Shown: positions 54,170 to 64,000 of the stretch, piece after piece | How positions within the stretch are numbered: the first letter of the stretch is position 1 | Layout: the number at the start of each line of letters is the position of its first letter | Source of the DNA: Tubiluchus corallicola | Lineage: Eukaryota; Animalia; Priapulida | Length of the DNA: 64,000 nt | Direction: 5' to 3' | NCBI GenBank assembly: GCA_030141605.1 | Contig: JAQGDQ010001061.1 | Coordinates: 2,232 to 66,231, forward strand | Made by a program: the position numbers and the translations under genes | Notes under the pieces: model-generated | What the model saw: the letters and a program-made list of their open reading frames with translations, nothing else | The model's database searches: none | What the model was told of the DNA's origin: nothing

Positions 54170-54610
54170 ACAGGATGATTTTCATATACTACCACATTTT
54201 CAAATCCGATAAAAAGTATACATTTTAACACAATTAACACTGCAAAAGCGTTTCTGATAATTAAATAATAGATTAAAATCTTAATTAACAGCGGACGTGC
54301 CCAATTATCGATGACATCACAAACTAACATAATTTTCAACAGCAAAAATATTCCACGAGCGCGTTGCATGTGTTTGCAAAAGAGAAAATTGAAGTACAGT
54401 GCTACTATAAGATATTCAGTGTGTTCTACTAAAACTAGGCAAGTTTTAAGACAAAAATTCAAATTTCAAATTTACACTTGTGCTTGAGTATGAGCTGTCA
54501 AACGTGTGTAGTTTGTCACAGACTAACACGTCTGAACTAAGAGGTACAGCACCTGTTTTTTGTACAACACTTTCCGAAATGCAGGCGCTAGTGCCCGTCT
54601 AACTAGCGAT
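54170..54610 (+). mobile_element. Dispersed repeat family B; other copies at about 62660-63050 (+), 48545-48850 (-) and 29090-29260 (-)
   Basis: Shared tgacatcacaaactaacataattttcaacagcaaaaatattccacgagcg...ctgaactgagaggtac blocks. Confidence 0.7.
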
Positions 54611-55019
54611 GCCAATAAAAAATGTTTTTAGCATACTTGTGTCAAGTGATACCTTTTAGGGTGGCATACAAGTGGTTGAGTGGTGCTGTGGTGCTTAATG
54701 AATGAAGTTAAGCAATGCTAAATATGGTCGTTGAATGGATGGGTGACTGCCGGAGTGCACATTTTTGACACTTTCACCTGCCATCCTGCCCAAGAGTACT
54801 TATCTCAAGGATGTGTAAGAGACCACTGCTGGTCAACTGTCACAAGATTCCAATACTGCCACAACAAGATTCCGGTCTCACTACAACATTCTGCATTGAC
54901 TAAGCCCTGCCACTGAATACAAGACTCCAGTTATCACAGTGGTGAGCTGGACAAAAAAAAATTATCCGCAAATTTAGAGAAAACTCACATCAAATGAATG
55001 ATAAAGTAAAAAAATTTGA

Positions 55020-55345
55020 TATGTTCAGATTATAAAACATGCACAAATTTTTGCTTGATAAGATTGAAAATTTGCCATGTTTAAATTATGGAACATACAC
55101 AATTTTTTACTTAATAAGATTGAAAATTAGCCATGTTTAAATTATGGAACATACACAATTTTTTACTTAATAAGATTGAAAATTAGCCATGTTTAAATTA
55201 TGGAACATGCACAAAATTTTACTTCATAAGATTGAAAATTTGCCATGTTTAAATTACGGAACATAAACAATTTTTTACTTGATAAGATTGAAAATTTTTC
55301 CATGTTGAAATTAAGGAACATACACAAATTTTTACTTGATAAGAT
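55020..55345. repeat. 56-bp tandem repeat, about 6 units
   Basis: taagattgaaaatt..ccatgtttaaattatggaacat recurring every 56 bp. Confidence 0.85.
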
Positions 55346-57279
55346 GACAAAACAACAAAATTTTTCTAATAATCACCTGTTTTTCACTGAGAAACACCGC
55401 CAGCACCAGATTTTAGTTATTTTCCGCAAAATTACTTTTGGGACGGGAGTGCTAGTATTTTTTACGCTGTAATTATCTAATTACTAATGTTTATTTGTTC
55501 ATAATGGTGGGTTCATAGGTTTCTTCACAACAGATAATTACAGTAAATACCTAGCCGTCCATAGCAGAACCTATTAGCACCTAATTTAGCTACAAAGGAA
55601 TTAGGAGATTATTGTAAATTTAAGCAGGTTAGTTGAGAAAATGATCATTTGTAAATTGGAGATAATTACAGGTGAGCAAACAATCAGTGATTCGTCAGGT
55701 GCCTCGGGTTATTTTTATAGGCAGTTAGTAAAGAGGAAGGAATGTTTACCCAGAGTGTGTTGACTTATTCAGGAACAACTTGGAAAAGAATTGTGCTTTT
55801 CTGAGCTAAATTGCTGAAAAATAATAGTGGCCACATGGCTTTGCAACCAATTCTTGATAAAAAAAAGCATAACTGAATAAACGTTCATATGAATAAAGAG
55901 AATATTCAACATTTGGAAGTTTAATAATTCGAAAATAATCAAGATTGACCTTATTTTGTTGCCTGCTAATTAAACTACATGTATATTCTTTTCTCTGGAT
56001 TATATAGCAAATGTCATAATTTTAAAAATTACTAACGTTTCCTAAATTAAACTGATAACATTATTGCCCACCAGTATCTAAAAAATCTTTTTATCTGTAT
56101 TTAGTAAAGGATAGCAGACTAGGTGACTTTATAGTCTTTTCGCTATCCTTTCTCTAGTTCTAGATCTATCTATACATTTTAACCATTCTTCAAAACTTAT
56201 TAGAGATTCTTTTATTAATCATGCTTTATTGTAGCATTATAAAGAGATAAATAAATTAAAAATGAATTGAATTGAAAATACGCTTTACAACTTGGAATAT
56301 TGCTATCCGTAAATTACGGAAACTGTCGTACAGAGTTCACACATACATCCTGTTATGTATTTATCCATTTGTGATGTGTGGTGAATAAATTATGTTTATC
56401 AGTAATGGCTGCTTGTGCGTTGCTCACACATACATCCTGCCTCATATTACTGGTACCGTACTGCCGAGTAAGCACTTTGCAAACTGCTTTCGTAAATTCT
56501 ATGTAGCATTGTAAAAATAGTAGTAACCCGACATTTAAATTTATAACCAAATGTAGGTTATATGACGTAAACTCAATAATGGGTTTCAACTTGTATAAAA
56601 TGTTGCCCTAAAACAGTAAGACGTGTTTAGGTATTTTCATGTATTATCTCGTAAAATTCTAGGCAGCTAGCAACAATAAGTTTAGAAAAAGTTTGTATAA
56701 CAAATTTGAATTTGAATTTTTTATCAAAGTATCAATTTAGAGAAAAGTTAGAGTAAGTGGTATCTTTTTAAATTCTTTACTTTGTCTTCCTTTATGTAAA
56801 TAATATCTGTGTGTTTGATGTTGTTGTTGCTGTTGTTGGTGTTGGCGTCGTCAGCATTGTCGTCATTGTCATTGTTGTCAGTGTTTAATATTTGTTTTTG
56901 TTTTACGTTTGCTACTCATTTCTTTAAATTGAACCATTTATTTAACTTACTGTACATGTGCGTTCGAAAATAAATAATATTAATAATAATAAATATCGCA
57001 AAAATTAACTTGATATAAATGTTTTAACTGAACAAAATTTATTACAATAAACTAATTTACAGTAACATGATATAATACAGATATTATCACAAGAAGATTA
57101 GAATGTAATGAATGATAATTAAATAACATAATTATTTATATTTACCTTCGTATTTTTTTAAAAATTCATTTCACTAATAATTATCAGTCCACTTCAAAAA
57201 AAAACACTCTAAATTTTTGTAATCCAAATATAATATATAACATAATATAACAATAACAAAATAGGTTGGTGTGCATATT

Positions 57280-57732
57280 TAAGGTGATAATCATAAAAAA
57301 GACAAAATGCCGTTTAAATCTCAGAAAACTTTTATTTTTTCAGAAACCAGAAAAATTACAGATAAAACTAGAAGTAACGTGTAAGTATACAATACATTAG
57401 GGGATGCAAAAATTCATTAAGAAACTGTATTAAAAACTAAATTAGAAGAAATATTACAATTACTATTTAAGAAAAGTTCTTTTTTTCTTATTTAGTAATT
57501 GTAATATTTCTTCTAATTTAGTTTTTAATAAAGTTTCTTAATGAATTTTCTAGTCCTATTTTCATGTCATTGTATACATACACTTTATGTATAGTTTTAT
57601 CTGTAATTTTTATGATTATTATTGTATTTCTCTATTTTTACAGCTGACAAAGTCCGTGAAGAAAGTTTCGGGAAAAATAAAAGTTTCGTGAGATTTCAAG
57701 GACACTTTGTCCTCTTTACGATCATGACCTTA
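57280..57732. mobile_element. Palindromic (hairpin) MITE-like element
   Basis: Arms 57280-57475 and 57485-57732 are reverse complements, nearly perfect near the centre; taaggt / acctta ends. Confidence 0.65.
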
Positions 57733-57936
57733 GCAAGTCTCTGAAGAGAACTATCTTATTTTCAAGCAAACAATTATAAAATATGTCAGTCTGCATATTT
57801 AAAGTTACTTGAAAAAGTCTGTTTATCAATGTTTATTTGTCTACAAAAGATGGAGCCACTATAAATGATGGATACGCATGAAGTAGGAATTCAATCAATG
57901 CATTATATAATTAGTTTAGTTTAGTTTGCTGACCTG

Positions 57937-58910
57937 CGAATCATTACATAACACAGCACACTACACAACACAGTACTCATTATATTATGACATATACACG
58001 TGACATATGAATCATTACATAACACAGCACACTACACAACACAGTACTCATTAGATTACATTATAACATAAACACGTGACGTATGAATTATTACATTACA
58101 TTATGACATATACACGTGACATATGAATCATTACATAACACAGCACACTACACAACACAGTACTCATTACATTACGTTATAACATATACACATGACGTAT
58201 GAATTATTACATAACACAGCACACTACACAACATGGTACTCATTACATTACATTATAACATAAACACGTGACATATGAATCATTACATAACACAGCACAC
58301 TACACAACACAGTACTCATTACATTACATTATAACATAAACACGTGACGTATGAATTATTACATAACACAGCACACTACACAACACAGTACTCATTACAT
58401 TACATTATAACATAAACACATGACGTATGAATTATTACATTACATAACACAGCACACTACACAACACAGTGCTCATTACATTACATTATAACATTAACAC
58501 GTGACATATGAATTATTACATAACACAGCACACTACACAACACAGTACTCATTACATTACATTATAACATATACACGTGACATATGAATCATTACATAAC
58601 ACAGCACACTACACAACACAGTATTCATTACATTACGTTATAACATAAACACGTGACATATGAATTATTACATAACACAGCACACTACACAACACAGTAC
58701 TCATTACATTACATTATAACATAAACACATGACGTATGAATTATTACATTACATAACACAGCACACTACACAACACAGTAATCATTACATTACATTATAA
58801 CATAAACACGTGACATATGAATCATTACATAACACAGCACACTACACAACACAGTGCTCATTACATTACGTTATAACATATACGCGTGACATATGAATGA
58901 CATAACACAG
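57937..58910. repeat. About 70-bp composite minisatellite built from (attac)/(acac) submotifs
   Basis: Recurring attacataacacagcacactacacaacacagtactcattacattac. Confidence 0.88.
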
Positions 58911-59784
58911 TTCCACACGGCTGCAGTGCATTGTGAAGCAGACTATAGCATTTGTGTATGGTCACATTCAAAACAGTGCAGATCTATAAAACTTTTCAGT
59001 TTTCATATCCTGCCATTCAGTCTTGATTGATACAAGATTTTCTTAGCCAAATACATATTAGTTCCTCAACTACATATTCTTGGTACATGCTTTTGTATGT
59101 GATGTTGTTTTTTCTCAGACATTAAAGGACAAGAAAACACCATTCTTACGTAAATTTAGACAAATTTTGTGTGACTTACACACCGTCTAGTTTGCACAAA
59201 ACTTCTGCTAGCAGCAGGTAAAAAGAGTACTGTCGCTCACACAGTGCCGACCCGGTTGTGTAAGTACTGTTTCTTTTAAACTCAGCATGTGTTGTGCTCG
59301 AATTCTCGTATTCTCGAACGTGATAAAATGTAGAATTAGAAGTTTATCATGCCTCTAACAATTCCATTTAATTCATATTTTTTTCATAGTTTCGGTTCTT
59401 TTATCTTACAGAAAATTTAGATAATTTACTCATGGCGTCCTTGCATCTTCACACAATATTCGTTTTACATAATACTATTACAATCGTAAAGATTTTCTGA
59501 AGCAGCACCCCCCGCTAATCTTAGCTACGAGCTCCCACTCTGGTTTCTAATGCATTTTCAACAATCACAAATGCTGAAACTTGCTTGAGATGTTATGCAA
59601 ACACAGAAGTGTTCTTGACACTTGAATTCACGTGACAAGCAGATATCTAAACTAAAAGTCGGTTTACACGAATCAATATTTGCATAAGGAATGAAACGTG
59701 GGTCTGAATTTCTGCTTACAGCAGACATGAATTTAGAAATGTTACACCTTCTGTGACACATAAATACAATGCAGTATATTTAAC

Positions 59785-60034
59785 ATACTCCTCACATAAC
59801 CTAGCTATTGAGACTGGAAGATTGGCAAGGATAAAAAGAGAAGACAGGCTATGCTCCTGTCCTGGCGTAAACATTCAAACAGAAGAGCATGTTATCTGTT
59901 TTTGTCCACTTACGAATCACCTTCGTGAAGATAACACTGAACTGAGCTTCAACGATCTGCATGAATTTTTCAATGGAAACCCAATGTCATATTATGAATT
60001 TGTAAATAACTGTTTAGCGATTTTTGGACAGTAA
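59785..60034 (+). mobile_element. Non-LTR retrotransposon ORF2 C-terminal fragment (CCHC-type finger)
   Basis: SSHNLAIETGR...REDRLCSC...TEEHVICFCP motif. Confidence 0.7.
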
Positions 60035-60178
60035 TGATCATGTTATGTAATCAAAAGTCCTTTTTTGTAGTGATCTATGGACTGAACCAAAATATCATGT
60101 TCGACTATCTCTTAACCAGTCAGTAAACACACACACACGCGCGCACACGCACAAACACACACACACATATATATTCTG

Positions 60179-60184
60179 TTTATT
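60179..60184 (-). terminator. Candidate polyadenylation signal (AATAAA) of WASHC5
   Basis: AATAAA on the minus strand about 135 nt after the stop codon. Confidence 0.45.
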
Positions 60185-60319
60185 ATTTGCAGTATTTGTA
60201 GCTATAATTATTGCAAATATATCTAGTTCTTATGACATACAAAAATGCCACAAATGTTAACAAAATCGATGATCCCAGATACCTGGTCCTTGACAGCCAT
60301 GAAACATAACATATCCTAC

Positions 60320-60385
60320 TCACAGTACTTGAATGTGCTTGCGATATTCATCAAACATACACGGCGGCAAGAACTGTTCTATCGT
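60320..60385 (-). CDS. WASHC5: WASHC5 last coding exon (TIEQFLPPCMFDEYRKHIQVL*)
   Basis: tatag|ACG ... TGA at 60320-60322; P...FDE.R terminus typical of strumpellin. Confidence 0.88.
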   Translation of the reverse strand, partial: TIEQFLPPCMFDEYRKHIQVL

Positions 60386-60451
60386 CTATATAAAAAACAG
60401 GAAAATATAAAAACAATTTTAAAACAGGTATAGGAAATGGAAAAATTACAA

Positions 60452-60816
60452 TAAGCGTTTTTACAGTTTCGTTGTGAGCGCGCGTAATTGCTGCAGGTCA
60501 AAGGTTAAGTGTACCACAGCAACGAGTCTTAACTACTACTGTCATGGGACATGTGTAAAGCAAAGCCATCTGTCGCATTAGTTCAGTAACTTAAGTTTGT
60601 TTACGTTGAGTTTACTTAATTATTCATTAGTCTGTGCGTAGAGTGATATATTTGCTTGGTAATGAACTAAGTAAGGTTCTAGCTAACTGTTAAAACTGTT
60701 ACTATTACACAATAGCTTGGGCTGTGAGGTGTTGTCAAGTGTACACAAATGCATTGTCTAGTAACCATTGATCTTTTCATGATCATCATCAATCACTGGA
60801 ACTGTGAAAAGGCGTA
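60452..60816 (-). mobile_element. MITE family A, copy 5 (inverted)
   Basis: Reverse complement of the shared body; TIRs taagcgtttttacagtt / aactgtgaaaaggcgta. Confidence 0.74.
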
Positions 60817-61056
60817 TTGTAAATGGAAAAAATACAATTCTAAAATATATATTATAAATTGGAAAATCACAATAATAAAATAGGTATTGTAAATGGGAAA
60901 ATTACAATTACAAAATAGGTATTGTAAATGGAAAAAATACAATTCTAAAATAAATATTATAAATTGGAAAATCACTAATAAAATAGGTATTGCAAATGGA
61001 AAAATTACAACTATAAAATAAATATTGTAAAACAAAACAGGTAGGACATAAAGTAC

Positions 61057-61144
61057 CTTTCGTGGTAAACTGCTGTATTGCAGAAAATCTTCTAGGAAAA
61101 GTAAGACATTCGCTACATCTTGAGGCAGTTCTGCTAGTTTCCCG
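61057..61144 (-). CDS. WASHC5: WASHC5 penultimate coding exon (GKLAELPQDVANVLLFLEDFLQYSSLPRK)
   Basis: ttcag|C ... AAG|gtactt; matches the P.DV...LLFLED....LPR pattern of strumpellin. Confidence 0.9.
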
Positions 61145-61490
61145 CTGAAATAAAGACAAGTAGATGTACAGGAAACGTAAAACTAAATTTACAACTAAAT
61201 ACGAGTTTTAGTTAGAGTAACATGAGCAAAAGATAAAAATACTCAGACTTCGCAAATCCTTAAAGAAAACCGGACAATTGATTCGACTCTCAATCTCATT
61301 TTAATTTACCAGAGGTGAGCATTCTCTATAGGAAAGTGAATTTGAATCGAACCGAATTTTAGTGTTTCGAATTCGAACTGATTTTGAAAGATTTTCGAAT
61401 AAGTTTTCGAACCACCAGTAAAAAGCAGTCTTAGAAAGATCATGCATATTACTCCATTTTGTTCTGCAGTAAAACCACTAATAACTTGTT

Positions 61491-62196
61491 TATAGTATAG
61501 TATAGTATAGCATTGTATCGTATAGGTATGGTATGGTACGGTACGGTACGGTACGGTACGGTACGGTATGGAATAGTATAGTAGAGGTATAGTATAGGTA
61601 TAGTATAGTATAGTACAGTACAGTACAGTACAGTACAGTACAGTACAGTACAGTACAGTACAGTACAGTACAGTACAGTACAGTACAGTACAGTACAGTA
61701 CAGTACAGTACAGCACAGCACAGCACAGCATAATATAGTATAGTATAGTATAGTATAGTATAGTATAGTATAGTATAGTATAGTATAGTATAGTATAGTA
61801 CAGTACAGTAGAGTATAGTATGGTATGGTATGGTATGGTATGGTATGGCATTGCATGGCATGGCATGGCATGGCATAGCATAGCATAGTACAGCATAGCA
61901 TAGCATAATATAGTATAGTACAGTATAGCATAGCATAGCATAGTATATAGTATAGTACAGTACAGTATAGCATAGCATAGCATATAGTATAGTACAGTAC
62001 AGTACAGTACAGTACAGTGCAGTGCAGTGCAGTGCAGTATAGTATAGTATATTAGAGTATAGTATAGTATAGTATAGTATAGTATAGTATAGTATAGTAT
62101 AGTATAGTATAGTATAGTATAGTATAGTATAGTATAGTATAGTATAGTATAGTATAGCATAGCATAGTATAATATAGTATATAGCATAGTATAGTA
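61491..62196. repeat. (TAGTA/CAGTA/TGGTA)n pentanucleotide microsatellite
   Basis: Direct inspection. Confidence 0.95.
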
Positions 62197-63097
62197 ACAT
62201 CTTTATTTGCCATAATATATTGAGAATCATAACAAAACATTAAGATGCTAAATGTTTAAAAATTGTGCACAGAAACCACAGCTAAATTGTGGTAATTGCA
62301 CGATGTTTCAATAGTTTTATTGATAAAGAACGTACGTAGTTGAAATGCGGAATTATTCGAATCTATAATTTTAGGTACGAATCAAATTCGAACGTCCGAA
62401 CTTGAAAATTCCGATGCTCGCCTCTAATGACACGTAATGCAATCTGGATGTTGGTAAAATCCACTTCGGTTTGACTCCAAAACATCGGATAATATACCAG
62501 CAGTCTCAAAAACAGCATGTCAATTTTTCTGATGCCGTGTCTTTATAAGCACTTATGAGGTTTAGCAAACTTCTACTGCAATGTTTTGAATATAATAGTA
62601 ATTGTGATTTTTGCAGTAAAGTTACATCAAAGGAAGACAGGACGATTTTTCATAAACTACCCCGATTCAAATTTGTTAAAAAGTAAATACATTTTAACGC
62701 AATAATACTGCAAAAGTGTTTCTGATGAATAATTTGATAGATTAAAAACTTAATTAATAGCGGGCGAGCCCAACTATTGGTGACATCACAAACTAACATA
62801 ATTTTCAACAGCAAAAATATTCCACGAGCGTGTTGCACGTGATTGCAAAAGTGAAAATTGAAGTACAGTGCTGCTGCACTAAGATATTCAGTGTGTTGCA
62901 CTAAAACTAGGCAAGTTTTATGATAAAAATTCAAATTTGAAATTTACCACTGTGCTTTTGTCTGAGCTATCAAACGTGTGCAGTACACCACAAACTAACA
63001 CATCTGAACTGAGAGGTACAAACACCTGCTTTTTGTGCAATGCGTTTCCAAAAAAAATAAGCTTCTAAACTAATACACTGAATAGGTTGCACAATTA

Positions 63098-63412
63098 CTA
63101 CTTGGGTGTAGGCTCGACCATAGATATCACAAATTACCTGAGTGTAGGCTCGACCATAGATATCACAAATTACCTGAGTGTGGGCTCGACCATAGATATC
63201 ACAAATTACCTGAGTGTGGGCTCGACCATAGCTATCACAAATTACCTGAGTGTAGGCTCGACCATAGATATCACAAATTACTTGAGTGTGGACTCGACCA
63301 TAGATATCACAAATTACCTGAGTGTAGGCTTGACCATAGATATCACAAATTACCTGAGTGTAGGCTCGACCATAGATATCACAAATTACCTGAGTGTAGG
63401 CTCGACCATAGA
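63098..63412. repeat. 36-bp tandem array (about 9 units) made of 23 nt of WASHC5 exon end plus 13 nt of intron, including the splice donor
   Basis: Minus-strand unit TCTATGGTCGAGCCTACACTCAG|gtaatttgtgata. Confidence 0.95.
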
Positions 63413-63546
63413 CTTGACATATTGCCCTAACAGAGCAAAGAAATGCTGGACATTTTCCGGATGAAACTGACGCAGTAATGTCATTGTACCAACTACAAAT
63501 GCCACTTCATCTAAGTGTTCATTGATCTTTTTAGACTGGAGCATTC
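63390..63546 (-). CDS. WASHC5: WASH complex subunit 5 (strumpellin), third-last coding exon (MLQSKKINEHLDEVAFVVGTMTLLRQFHPENVQHFFALLGQYVKSMVEPTL)
   Basis: Resembles the strumpellin C-terminus as I recall it (GLLTLLKQFH...FLALIGQF..S.VE); tttgcag|GA ... AG|gtaatt; phase matches the next exon. Confidence 0.88.
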
Positions 63547-64000
63547 CTGCAAAAATACAAGTTTGTATGTTCATTGATCTTTTTAGACTGGAGGATTCCT
63601 ATAAAAACACAAGTTTGTATGTTCATGAGCATTCCTAGAAAAACACAAGTTTGTATGTTCATTGATCTTTTTAGACTGGAGCATTCCTACAAAAACACAA
63701 GTTTGTATGTTCATTGATCTTTTTAGACTGGAGCATTCCTACAAAAACACAAGTTTGTATGTTCATTGATCTTTTTAGACTGGAGCATTCCTAGAAAAAC
63801 ACAAGTTTGTATGTTCATTGATCTTTTTAGACTGGAGCATTCCTACAAAAACACAAGTTTGTATGTTCATTGATCTTTTTAGACTGGAGCATTCCTACAA
63901 AAACACAAGTTTGTATGTTCATTGATCTTTTTAGACTGGAGGATTCCTACAAAAACACAAGTTTGTACGTTCATTGATCTTTTTAGACTGGAGGATTCCT
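63517..64000. repeat. 52-bp tandem array (at least 9 units, runs off the window) made of 22 nt of intron plus 30 nt of WASHC5 exon start, including the splice acceptor
   Basis: Minus-strand unit atacaaacttgtgtttttgtag|GAATGCTCCAGTCTAAAAAGATCAATGAAC; one 36-bp deleted unit. Confidence 0.95.

Noticed and set aside
63087-63464. 125-aa plus-strand repeat ORF (NYLSVGSTIDIT)n
   Set aside because: Antisense translation of the 36-bp donor array; no independent coding evidence

Overview
AT-rich, repeat-dense eukaryotic (most likely invertebrate animal) genomic DNA, not prokaryotic. It contains two intron-rich genes, both on the minus strand. (1) A class III myosin (MYO3A/B-like; N-terminal STE20-type kinase plus myosin motor). 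I traced 18 phase-consistent GT-AG coding exons by hand from the ATG at 40060 down to 546 (2511 nt, 837 codons); the gene continues past the left edge. (2) The last three coding exons of WASHC5/strumpellin (63390-63546, 61057-61144, 60320-60385). Introns and intergenic DNA hold many minisatellites and microsatellites, MITEs (Harbinger-, hAT-, Kolobok-, piggyBac- and foldback-like), RTE/CR1-type LINE fragments and 5S- or tRNA-derived SINEs. Nearly all long ORFs in the supplied track are repeat artefacts. Most notable observations: a WASHC5 exon whose acceptor and donor sites have both been amplified into tandem arrays of unproductive decoy splice sites; a 5S-headed SINE inserted into a myosin polypyrimidine tract that appears to supply a new branch point; and a MITE family whose five copies all sit within about 100 bp of exons. 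All family assignments come from recalled motifs, not database searches. I see no clear evidence of a wholly new protein-coding system.
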